64,000 nt of DNA from Narcine bancroftii. Taxonomy: Eukaryota. Location of the stretch: the NCBI RefSeq assembly GCF_036971445.1, contig NC_091471.1, forward strand, positions 26,536,001 to 26,600,000, read 5' to 3'. Within the stretch, counting starts at the first letter, position 1; every line of letters begins with the position of its first letter. This document shows, piece by piece, positions 37,131 to 49,465 of this stretch. The notes under the pieces are model-generated. The model was given only the letters and a program-made list of their open reading frames with translations, had not been told where the DNA came from and did not search any database. A program made the translations under genes and the position numbers.

Positions 37131-39937
37131 AAAACTAAAGGAAGAACATGGTGAACGTTTGATATCTGTTGAGCAGAAATTGAGCAATTTAATTAACCGT
37201 GTTGATGAAGTGGAAAATACATGCTCCATGTTAAGTGACAGTAATTTGAAACTAACAGCAAAAGTCATTGATCTAGAAGGCAGGTGCAGACGACAGAATT
37301 TACATATTCTGGGCTTGGCTGAATCTATACAAAGGGGGCAACTTACAAAAGTTTTGAGCTGCTTTATGAGGTCATTGGGAAGGAGCTTCTTTCATCTCCT
37401 CCATTATTGATAGAGCTCATCACTCTTTAATACTTAAGCAGGCTCCTGAGCAGATATCACATTTGGCCATTCTTCGGCTACATCATCATCAAATAAAGGA
37501 GTCTGATTCATGAAGCATAACAAAGAGGGACACTTGAATATCGCAATCAGCATATCAGAATTGTAGAAGATTACTGTTCCGAAGTCATGAAGCAGCACAG
37601 TGAAAACAGAAAAATAATGTTGGAGCTGTACAAATGTGGTTTAAAGGTAATGGTCAGAAGAAGTTATTGTGCTCTGTTGAAGAGGCTCGGAGCTACCTAG
37701 AAGATCTCACTACTACATTGTGCTAGCGGGAACGTCTACTTGAGGATTGAAGATGATTGAATATTATTACTTTTAAGATTTCTAACATTTATTAGATAAT
37801 ATTTGCTGGTCGAGAACTGGTTGGTTCTTTTTGCCTGGGCAATTTTTCTCATTTTGCTTTTTCTGGGATAATATTAGGGTTGTACTCATACAAGTATTAT
37901 TTTTCCTTCTCTGTTAAATTCTTACAAGAACAATACTAAGAAATACATAGTAATTTATTTTAGTAATATTATTTTTGTAATATTTTTCTTTCTATTAAAT
38001 TTATTGAACGATTAAATCTTTACAAGAAATTTTAAAAGAAATCATTGTTTTGATTGTAGTCATAATTAATCATTGTTTGGAAGAGCTGCTTATATTTAGA
38101 TTTAACAGTAATAGAGCTAATATCAGCAGATTTTGCAGGGAGAATTAATTTGGTGTGAAATGGATTATTTTGTTAAGTTTGCTGCAAAATATTTAGCAGT
38201 TATCTGGGTTTGAGGGAGGGAGGAGTGGGGAGGGGGTGGGATTTTCTTTCTCAAGGTTGTTTTGACTTTAGGAATCTTTAAAACGATGACTGTGTCATAC
38301 ATCAGTTTCATATTTTTGCCTTAAGGCTGCCACCTGGTGGCTAGATATTAGTTGTATTAATCAATCTATATTAATTATGGAAAATTATGGATAATTCTAT
38401 TAGTTGGAACATAAAAGCATTGAATTATCTGGTTAAGAGGAGTAATGCATTTTCACATTAAACAGCTTAAAGCTACTTCTGTATTTTTACAAGAAATGTA
38501 TATTCGTACTTGTGATAATTTCCACTTTATGACAAAGTGGAGGGAGCAGCATTTTCATTTCTCCTTCCAGGCTAAAGCCAGGGGGAGTTTTGATTCTTAT
38601 TAATCAAAATATTCCTTTTGTTCATCACAAAGTGTTAACAGGAACAAATGGTCATTGTATTATTGTTTCAGGGAAATTGAATAGATAAATGGTCATTTTT
38701 GGTAATATTTATGCCCCTAATGCAGATGATCTGGGTTTTTAAAAATATTTTTTCTTCCTTACCAGATACGATCTTATACTTTCCAGTACTTGGTGGGGAT
38801 TTTAATTGTTGGTTAAACCCTGCTTTGGATCATTTGTCTTTGCAAGATCTTGTTTTTCATGAATGATCTAGATTAAGTATTGAACGCTTCAAAGATCTTT
38901 TTATTGATAAAAGTTTTGCATCATTTGAACAGCTTTCTGGAAAGTTCAATTTACCAAATACTCATTTTTTCAGATATCTACAATTCAGACATTTTCTTGA
39001 ATCTCAGACACCCGATTTTCCTTGGGCACCTGATGCGAACATTGTTGATGTATTATTTAGGCGACAGTATTCTCACATAGGTTTAATATCTATTATTTAT
39101 GATGTTAGTGGGTTTGAGACATGCCCCTTTAGTTAAAATTAAAAATGCCTGGGAACAGGATATAAGCCTCTCATTAATGGACAAGGTCTGAGATCTAATC
39201 CTTAAGCTGGTGAATACTATTGTGCCCGTCATTGCTTGTAACAATTTGAAGTTCTACATAAAGCCCATATGTCTAAAGTCAAATGATCTTGTATCTATTC
39301 AGATGTAAATTCTTGGTGTAATAAATTGAGAGGATTCTTTACCTGGTATATTCTGGATGTGTCCAAGCCTTGAAAAATACTGGAGGGAGGTATTTCAAGA
39401 CCTATCTTTAATTCTTAATGTAAATTTAGAGCCTAATCCTTTGGTTGCTCTTTTTGGTACAACTGGAGAGGATGATACTCTTTTAACTCCAATTAAATGT
39501 TGTATTCTGGCTAGACATGCAATATTGTTTGTCTGGAAGGATTCTGCCCTGCCCACACATGCTTAAGGTCTGAGGGACATTATGTCCTTTAAATTTGGAA
39601 AGATCCATTACTCAATTAATAATTCAAGAATAAGGTTTCAAATGTTGAGCAGACCATTCCTGAACTCCAGGCATAATATTATTTTCAAATTTTAATATTT
39701 GCCATTTTACTTCACGAACTAAGTACTTTTTTTCTTTAGTCATACAACTTGGGTTGGGGATGGGGTTTAGAATCATGCTAAACATGATTTTTAAAATTCT
39801 ATGTGTATCATAGTTGCGTTATGTGTTTTTATAGTTTGGTGAGTTATCCAACTTGTCATTATTATTATGCATTCCTTAATGTTTTGTACATGTATGCTTA
39901 TTTGTGAAAATCAATAAAAATATTTAAAACTAAAAAG
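37130..39937 (+). mobile_element. Internally deleted L1-clade LINE (ORF1, endonuclease, C-terminus, 3' end)
   Basis: ORF1 IDLEGRCRRQNLHILGLAES (37159..37410); APE remnants SWNIK, FLQE, NIYAPN, GGDFNC (about 38400-38810); FWMCPSLEKYW (about 39350); AATAAA and A-rich tail at about 39913. Confidence 0.85.
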
Positions 39938-39942
39938 ACAAA

Positions 39943-40150
39943 GGGGCGGCACAGTTATCATAGCAGTTAGCGCAATGCTATTACAGTGCCACCAATCCAT
40001 GTTCAATTCAGTGGTCTTTGTAAGATGTTTGTATATTCTGAGACTGCATAGGTTTCCTCCGAATGCTCCTCTTTCTTCCCACCCTCTCAATACATACAGG
40101 GCTAGTAGGTTAATTGGTGTATTTGGGTGGCATGGCCCCTGTTAACTTGT
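39943..40150 (+). mobile_element. tRNA-derived SINE
   Basis: GGGGCGGCACAGT start, A-box-like tagcagttagc, B-box-like gttcaattc, core ggtttcctccgaatgctcc. Confidence 0.7.
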
Positions 40151-40222
40151 TATATCACACAACTTAAAAATAAGTAAACACCAATTGCGCAATGCAAACT
40201 ACAACAGTATCTATTACCTTAC

Positions 40223-40357
40223 CTGACAGAGTTCTTCTGCCACATCAAGCATCCCTTGTCTGAAGAAATGTTCCACCATCACCTCACTGAGGAGACGTTG
40301 GCTGTCAGTTTGCCAGCATCCATCCACTGCAACTCCATTGATGTCAGCATCAAAATT
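40223..40357 (-). CDS. RMND5A: RMND5A exon 3 (135 nt; LisH region)
   Basis: cag|AAT TTT GAT...TGT CAG|gtaag; [45 protein letters not shown]. Confidence 0.95.
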
Positions 40358-41749
40358 CTGTTTAATTAAATACAAGTGCGAAACTTAGTCTTCTAAAAGC
40401 ATTATTAATAAAACATTATTTTAGTACTTGTGCAATTCCCCTTCATCATAAAAAAGACCAAAGTCAAGTGAGCTGAAGATATGTTCCTGTGCTGTATGTT
40501 TTTATGGCAGACTGAAAGAACACTAATTTTTTTTTCACATTTTACAACAAACTCCAATATTCCTTTTAGCACCACTGCATAAGCAAGAACAGTTTATGAA
40601 TGAAGTCAAATCACAGATCAACTTCAGTTCCTTCCATCATTAAAATCTAGTTTCAAAAAGCAAGAATGGAACCAGTGTTCTTTCAAACAGTCCCTTGAAT
40701 GTACAAAATAGTTTTTCCTCACACAGGCCCTTGGTCTACTGACAATTATTTTATATCTTTGTCCTTAAGCTGCTTATCCTTCCATTAATAGGAAGTTTCC
40801 TTGCTATTTATCTTACTGAAATCAATTAAGATTTTGTTCATCCTCATCCATCTTCAGTTTTCTCTACAAAAGAAATCTAGTTTGTCTTTATAAATGAAAT
40901 CTTATATCACTGAAAATATCCTAATATATTTTTCTGCACAGTTCCTGATTTAAAACACTATTATCCAGTTGTCGCAAAATAATTACCAGTACCTAAAAAA
41001 AATTTAGATGCATTCTGTTCCTCCAAGAAAAATCATAGTGACTGCTTTTTCATTTAGCTTTTCCACTGTTAAAGATGATTTAATTATGTGTACTGGTTTC
41101 TAAAAGGTCAGGCAACATGTCTACACACATTTCAAGCCTTAGATGTGCTATTAGGACTACGAGAGAATGAATGGTAATGCACCAAAGGCATTGAACAAAA
41201 AAGTTAAAATAAAGAAACTTGTTTTGATTTTGCAGTCCCCAAAGTGGTGGGATTTGAAGAGGTCAAAATTTTAACCTCTCTAATGGAAATAATAAATAAT
41301 GGAGACAACTTTAGAGTTGTTTGTAAAATAGCCACTGCCAAACTTCTGGGCTTTATGTTGTGGTAAAATCCAGCTTGCAAAAATGAATACAACTATTGCA
41401 ATACTGTATTGTTTTCTCAGCAGCAGTTGCACCTTCCGGACAGAAGTACATTTTAATTAACACTACTTTTAAGTAGGCAGAAGTTGGAACTGAAATCTGA
41501 ATCACAAAAAAAATGAAACAACATACAGATTCATGTGTTCACATTCTAAAAATGTTATGAGGATATAAAACTGCAAAAATATATAGACTATTAAATGATT
41601 AAGGCAAGAAGAATGTCGATGGAGTATACTTTAGGCAGCATGAAGTGATCAGTTTTGCTTACAAGTTGATTGTTTAAATAACTTTAACTCAGGGTTCAGA
41701 GGGATCAGTGTGTTCCTGTGCACATAAAAATAGAGCAAGTGTCACAGAG

Positions 41750-42215
41750 CAAGGAAATCGGCCCAACTTATCCATTCCAACCAAGGTGTCTAACTGTGCT
41801 AGTCCCATTTGCTTGCATTTGGTCCTCATTCTCTCCCCCCTCCCCCCCACAAACCCCAACCCTACTTAACCAAATATCTTTTAAACGCCGTAACTGTACC
41901 CACTTACATAATTTCCTCTGGCAGCTCATTCCACACAGCCATCACTCACTTTATGAAAAACTTAGCCTCAGTCCCATCCAAGTCTTCTCCTCTCATCTTA
42001 AACCTATGCCATCCAGATACAGATTTCCCCAACCTCAGAAAAAGATTGAACATCATGATTTTGTAAACCTCTACAAGGTCACTCCTCAGCCTCCTTCACT
42101 CCAGAGAAAATAGTCCAAGCCCATCTGGTCTTTCTCTACAAATCAAAGCCTCCAGTACCAGCAACATCCCTGTGAGCCTTCTCTGCACTCACTCCAGTCG
42201 AATTACAACCTCCCT
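41750..42215 (-). mobile_element. CR1 3' fragment
   Basis: cctctggcagctcattccacac and acctctacaaggtcactcctcagcctcc are CR1 3' motifs. Confidence 0.7.
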
Positions 42216-42326
42216 ATTTTAATAAGTAAATGTTACAAAACATTTCATAACCAGAGTGATGAGTACATGTTCAAAGTTGTTTTACTACAGCAATTATAAT
42301 ACTTTAGTAGGACCACACATGAAGTC

Positions 42327-43300
42327 TGTTACGAGCCCAGAGGACTCCAAAATCCAACAGCAATAAAAATTCACCAAGATAATGGTTACTTAAACAAAAG
42401 ATGCTTTTCATTTTCTTTAAACATAACAAGATTAAACTTTAACTCACAAGTATTAACTTAATCCCACCCCCCCCCTTCTAATTCTAAGCGCACAGGTAAT
42501 GTGTATCTGTTCAGGAAAGTTCTTTGGTCCACAATCCAATCATTCACTTCTCCAAGTTCACTGGTATTAGGCAATTTAACATTTATGAATCCTCACCAGG
42601 CTCTGGTACTGGTTAAATGGCTCTGGTTAAATGGTTATCGCTCAGAAAGGTTCTTGTTGGTTTCAGAGAGATATTTGTTGCTCGTTGGACACACAAACTG
42701 ATTTCCTCCAATCAGTCACTTCACTGTCTTGCCAAAGAAACTCGCCCCATCATGGGTTTTCCAAATGATAACCTCTTCTTCCAGGTCACCACAGAGTTCC
42801 TCTTGTTTCCCTTATTTCATGAGAAATACTCTAGCCAGCCATTTCCTCTTGTAAAGACAACAAGTATTTTGAAGACCCATCTTCAAAATGGGGTCTTTCA
42901 ACAAGCCTGCCAGTTTGCCATTTTGCAGCTTCAACTGGTACTGTAGAACTGACTTCTCTCTCTCTCACACACACACACAGAAGAATCCTGTTTGTTTTTT
43001 CCTCTCTCTGCTTGTAAAATCCAAAAACCTCTCCCAAGGATCCAAACCCAACCTTTGAAAGATGTTATCAGTACTTCTGAGCCTGGATTTTATTGCCCAT
43101 ACACAATAGAGCAGCATTCTTCATTGCTTCTGTAAAACCAATTGGAGCCTCAACATCTAGCTGCAGCAAAGCTCTTGCATTTTAAATGAGATGTCTTTTG
43201 TGAAGTGTTACTCTGTTTGTGAAGTGACCTCCACTAAACTCCCACAATCTATCTCTTTTAAAGACATTTATTCATAACCATTCTAATATTCCCCATAACA
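42327..43300 (-). mobile_element. Solo LTR
   Basis: TGTTA...ATAACA termini with exact TSD AGTC. Confidence 0.88.
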
Positions 43301-44419
43301 AGTCCTGTGTATTGTCTTTTTTGTTTAAGTATATATTGTAATGTCTTTCACCAGAATGATTCCTGGAATGAGAGTTTCCTATCAAAAAGAGATTGAGAAC
43401 AATGAAAGTTGATCTCATTGAAACATACATGATTCCCAGGGTATTTAAGGAGTAAATGTAGCAATGATGTTTGTTCTGTGGGGTGCTGTCAAGAAAGTAG
43501 TTATACAATTGAGTTGGAAAGAAACTTCTCTAATAAAATGTGGTTCTTTGGAATTCTCTGCCTCAGAGATCAAAGGATCCCATCACTAATCGAAAGCAAG
43601 ATTTGAGAGTATGGCAGATGGACGAGGGCAGGGAGTAGCGGCAATGAAGAGTGGGAAGTAAAGAAAATGTGGGCAGAAAAATAGAATTAAACTCAAAAAT
43701 TCATCAGCCTAATCCTTGTTGAATATTAGCTGAGACTCAAAAGGATACCCAGATTCTTGGTTCTTCAACTATAAAAATTGGAAATTTTAAAATTAAGATT
43801 TAGATTTTAGTTTCAAAAACTAAACTCTCTACTTAATTTCTTTTTAATTATATTAAAGTTTGCAGTTTTATTTTCTTTTAAATTAACAATAAATATATGT
43901 TGGAAGCATCTTTATCAAAGAAAAATACCCCAAAATGTTTTCCAGAAATAAATAAAATTGAATCCAAGCCGAAGGAAATTATATTTTAAATATTTTGTAA
44001 TTGTTTTGAGAATCCACATGTTCAATGCATATTTCAGGAAGGTCTTTTTTAAAACTTAGGATAACAACTCAAAAGTATTCTCCAACTTTTCAATGATGTA
44101 TAGAATTTTCCCAGAAGAGAAAGCTGCGTGGTCTCACCAAGTCAGTAACAGAATTCAAATAGAGTCAGATACTAAATAAATTGGAATGCTGGAAGGGAAT
44201 AGAAAAACTACTTAACAAAATAAAAACAATTTGGATTTTGTTTTTTTTTAAAAAACTCAACTCTGCTACTCCAGCAATTCTATATTTGATAGCTGTTAAA
44301 ATTTTAAACAATAAACTTTCCTGAATTGTCTACAATTTAGCAGATAGAAACACAAGAAAAAGATCAGTTCCATACTTAGTTTTGGCATCAGACAAGCTTA
44401 AGGTGCATTGGATGTGATA

Positions 44420-44890
44420 AAAAAACATTACAAAATGTTAATTCCCAGGATGGTGGACTGTCATATGTCAAAGGATTGGAGCACTTGGGCTTGAATATAC
44501 TGAAATTTAGAAGGATGAGAGGGGATGTAAGATTATTAAGGGATTAGACACGCTAGAGGCAGGAAACATGCTCTTGATGTTGGGGCGAGTCCAAAACCAA
44601 TGGCCACAGTTGAATAAAGGGTCAGCCATTTAGAACAGAATTGAGGAAGAACTTTTTCACCCAGAGAGTTGTGGATCTGTGGAATCTTCTGCCTCATAAG
44701 GCAGTAGAGGACAATTTTCTGGATGCTTTCTTGAAAGAGTTTGATAGAGCTCTGAAAGATAGCAAAGTCAAGGTATATGGGGACAAGGCAGGAATGGGCT
44801 ATTGATTGTGGATGATCAGCCATAATCACACTGAATGGTGGTGCTGGCTCTAAGGGTTGAACAGCCGACTCCTACATCTATCGTCTATTT
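44420..44890 (+). mobile_element. CR1 3' fragment
   Basis: gaaatttagaaggatgagagggga...ttttcacccagagagttgtggatctgtggaat...gatcagccataatc. Confidence 0.8.
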
Positions 44891-45329
44891 TGACCACTTG
44901 TTCATTCCTGGACCCCACCCACCTGAAAATTCACAGCAAAATGTAAAGTAGTTCAGAACTAAATCTAACAAGATTTCTGGTCTGAACAATGTCAGCATTA
45001 GAGTGTATCATATTTGCTTTGCCCACTAACCTGTCTATTCAGAAGGCCTGATTAAAAAGATAGTTAACTGAACAATACCTGACTCTGGGCAATTAGAAAA
45101 ATGGCAAACAAGCCAATTGTAAAACAAGATTTTTTTGAAAACTCTTGCACACAATACATTTTGGATGGGATGAGGTTAACCAATTTACCTGATTTGTAGC
45201 AAAATTCTGTCCCATTCGAGGATAAAATGAGCAGTATTTGGCATCAACGGTAAGTATAAAGAATGGAGAAACATGTCGAAAGACCTGGAATTAGACAAAA
45301 GTAGAAGAGACCAATAAAATGATTTTTTT

Positions 45330-45650
45330 AAAAACAATGCTGAAGAAACTCAGCAGGTCAAACAGTGTCCTTTAAATAGCCAAGATATATAACTGACTTT
45401 TTGGGCTTGAACCCTTCAAGGTATTCAAAAATGTCGGCATCTGAACAAAAAGGTCAGGGGAGGGGAGGAGCATGGTCCAAAGGCAAGAGGTAATAGGTGG
45501 AGAAAGGAGGGAGGGCACTGCAGCAAGTAGGGAGGAGGAATGGCTCGGTGAATAAAAAGGGAAGGGGGTGGAGAGCTGAAGGAAAGAAGATGAGGGAAAG
45601 GAGGGAGAAAAGAAAGCAGGATAGCAGAAACTGGAGAAGTCGATATTATG
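45330..45650 (-). mobile_element. Penelope terminal fragment
   Basis: Reverse-complement similarity to 17680-17950. Confidence 0.7.
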
Positions 45651-48600
45651 CCATCTTTGGGTTCTTTGGGAGGGCAGATGGTGATAACATTAAAAGATTA
45701 AAGTAAGCATTGACTTTGCATTTAGATGTTCTAAAAAAATACAAATTGAATGCTTTGAAGATTTTATGAGCACAATTCTGTGGACCCTTGTACTAAAGAA
45801 AGCTCCATTCTTTTTACCCAATCTAGTTCAAATAGTTCCCAAAGGGAAGAGCAAGTCTAAATGGATAATTTATAAAATTGTGCTAAATCAGCTGATATTG
45901 ATTGCACAAGGAACAAAAATGTAGATGGGGCGTAACCATTACTGGCAGGGCCAGAATCAACTTTCAATCCCTAAAATTAAGAGAATGAAGATCATGGCCT
46001 ACCCAATATCTTATTGACATTCTACATACAAGATTACATACCTGAAAGGTCAACCTGCCCATCTCACTGAACACAGTGGCTACAGGAGAATTAAAGTTTC
46101 GAGTTATTTACTAAATCGGGAATTTTAAAAAATAGTGATTGATGCATACAGCTTGGAAGAATCCTTTGGCCCACTGAGTAACTGCTGACTATCAGATACT
46201 GATCAACACAAATCCATTATTTTATTTTCTAAAATGGCAACATAATGCCAATTGATTACTGCTAAAGATCAGAATAAAAACAGAAATTACTGTAAATACT
46301 TAACAGATTACTGATTATCTGCAGAAAAACAGGTGTTGAAGACACTTCATCGAAACTGGAAAGTAGAGAAAATTAGTTGGTATCAAGTTGAAAGGAAGGT
46401 GATGAACAGGACAAAGCTAACATCTACTTTAGAGTGAACACTGGTTGTCAGGATGCAAGTTTTCTTTAATATCATACTGAAAACCAGAGGGATATAGAAA
46501 CCAAAGAATAACCAAGAGAAAAAAATTAGAAATCCCTTCAGAGGAAAGAGTAGAGTTTCCTCAAAGTTGGTACAATTAATTATCAGTTCAACAAGATCCG
46601 CAGTTGCTGCAAATCTGAAATACAAACAAAATATTAGAAATTCTCATCGGCATTTGTGGAAGAAGAAATAGTTAATGTTTCACATCAAATATTCTTCACA
46701 AAATTGAAAGCAAGAAAACAAGATTGAAAGTCAAAAAGTGAAACAACTATCACTCTCGATATCCTGAGACGTCCAAGGTTTCTGGAACATGTCTTGATCC
46801 TTTCAACCCTTCCGGAATACATTGGCCCAAAACTCCAAATACTTAGTTTATAAATGACTCCCATGAATCAAATATGGACTAAATTGCAAGTAAATACTTC
46901 CAGCCTAATTTTGCTAGGCCTTACCCCCAATTCAGGAATTTAATTGCAAGTGCTTCTTCCCTTTCTATAACTACTTTGAAACTTAAGAGTTAAGGTCACC
47001 ATCTCCAAAATGTTCTCTCACTGATACTTCAACCACTTGCCCAACCACATTCCTTGAGATTAAGTTCAGGTACGCAATTAAACAGCTAACATTATTGGGC
47101 TATGCCAGAATATTTTGGGCCTTAATGATGGAGGGGCCCAGCACATGACTGCCAAGATGGTCAGCTGAAAGTAGCAAGTGGAAGATCCATTTGATTTTCT
47201 TACTGAGATTTCCGCCATTATTTCATTTAACTGCGTCATATCAAGAAAAAGCTGGATAAAACAAAAGTTGTAGGATCAATTAACATCACCAATGCATAAC
47301 TGTTTTTAAACAGTTAAGAGTTACAATGCGCCTGCTTGCTTTTCCTCACATCTCGAAGAAGGGTTCAGGCCCACAACTTTGATTAGATACATTTACTTCT
47401 GCAAGACCTGCCAAGTTCCGCCAGTATTTTTAAGTTTTTACTACCATCACAGCGTCTGCAGACTTTTGTACTTCACAGAATATTCCCTATCTACCTGCTA
47501 CACCTGCACTAATCCAACCAGCAAGCTCAGCGCAATCCAAGAGAAAGCTGATCAACTAAGTGGCATTTTACCTACCACCTGGAATATATACTCCCCATTA
47601 TTCTGCAAGCACATTGTGTCTACAATATGCAGTAATTACAAACTGCAGTACAATTACTAACCAAAGCTGCTTTCAAACCTGTGAATACTACTCCCTGGAC
47701 ATTCCAAGTCATAAATCACAATGAAGAGGCAACACATTATCATTCTTTTACCTGCACTTAGTCTAAGTTTTGGATCTCCCCATCCAACAACAATGTGAGA
47801 GGGCCTTCAATAGAACAATTGCAGTAGTTCAAGTCAGGAGCACACCTCACCTTGAGGGAGGACAATTACAGATGGGAAATTCTTCTTGGTTTTGTCAGCA
47901 TCCTACACATCCATAATAATGAGGTTTGCTACTCCATTGTTGCATTTTATGAAACAAAACAGCCTTTGAGGCAAAGTGCCAGAAAACAACTTAGTGCCTC
48001 AGGAATTGTGCCTTAATGAATACCATTAGAAGGAATAAATAAAATAACATGTAATAATTGCTATAAACTGTGACAAAACAACTTATAACGAGAAAAGAGA
48101 CAAATTTACTCCCTCATTATGCAATAGAAATACTGTAGGCATATTTGCAGTTTACTAATAAATGTACTTTTTAAAAAAATATTTTATTTATAGTTTCTAA
48201 AGTCAAACATGATAAAAGAAAATTATACAGTAACAAAAGATTCCTCTTAGTCAATTATTCGCATATTACATGTTTCACTATAACCATACACCACTCCTAC
48301 CCACCCCCCCACCCCGTCTCAAAAGAAAATTAAAACAAAAAAGGGAAAACTAGATTAAAAAAGGAAAATAAGACAGTAAGGAGAGAAGAAGGAAAAAAGG
48401 AGACAGTTTTGTTAGGATTTCACCACCTACCCCACAGGCTTTAATATTTAACTTCCCCGGATCTGTGAGACAGAAGTGCAAATGAAGGGTTCACTCATAA
48501 ATGTACTTAATATAAATAATCACATTACATTAGTAATTAAATACAATAATTCTCTAAAAGCTTAATTAAAATGATTACCTATTTATGTTATACAGTACTA

Positions 48601-48719
48601 GCATAAGTATTTTTATTTTTAATAGTTGTGTAGTTTCATTTAACTAGATATCCTATATCCACAAATCACTTTGCATTATTAGTTGATTAAGTCAGAATAT
48701 GGCATTATCATGCTTATAG

Positions 48720-49465
48720 AAGACTACAGCTCAGTACAGGCCCTTCAGCCCTTGATGTTGTACAGTCGCATTTATTCCTAAAGAAAGTACTAAACCCTCC
48801 CTACCCCATAACCCTCCACTTTTTCTCCACCCATGTGCCTGTCTAAGAGTCTTCTTAAATGCCCCAAATATTTCAGCCTCCACCACCATCCCTGGAAAGG
48901 CACTCCAGGCCCCCACAACTCTCTGCGTAAAAAACATTTACTTCTGATGTCTCCCCTGAACTGGTGTTTGTTATTCCTCCCCTGGGAAACAGGACTGGCT
49001 GTCCACCCTATCTATGCCTCTCATAATCTTGTAGACCACTATCAAGTCTCCTCTCTTCCTTCTATGCTCCAAATAAGACTGGTTTTTCAATCCAGATAAT
49101 CCTGGTAAATCTCCTCTGCACCGTCTCCATAGCTTCCACATCCTTCCTACAATGAGGTGACCAGAACTGAACACAATACTCTGTGTGGTCTCACCAGAGA
49201 TTTGTAGAATTGCAACATGACCTTTCTACTCCTGAACTCAATCCCCCTATTAATAAAGCCCAGCATCCCATATGACTTCTTAGCTATCCTATCAACCCGT
49301 GCAACGACTTTGAGGGATGTATGGATTTGAACCCAAGGTCCCCTGTCCATCCACACTCACAAGTAACCAACCATTAACCCTGTACTCATCCTTCTGGTTG
49401 GTCTTTCCAAAATGCATCGCTTCACACTCATCTGAATTGAGCTCCATCTGTCACATTTCTGCCCT
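48720..49465 (-). mobile_element. CR1 3' fragment
   Basis: GMLGFINRGIEFRSRKVMLQFYKSLVRPH; RGDLIVVYKIMRGIDRV; FFTQRVVGAW. Confidence 0.88.

Noticed and set aside
39943-40020. tRNA gene
   Set aside because: A- and B-box-like motifs run into a SINE body; no intact cloverleaf.
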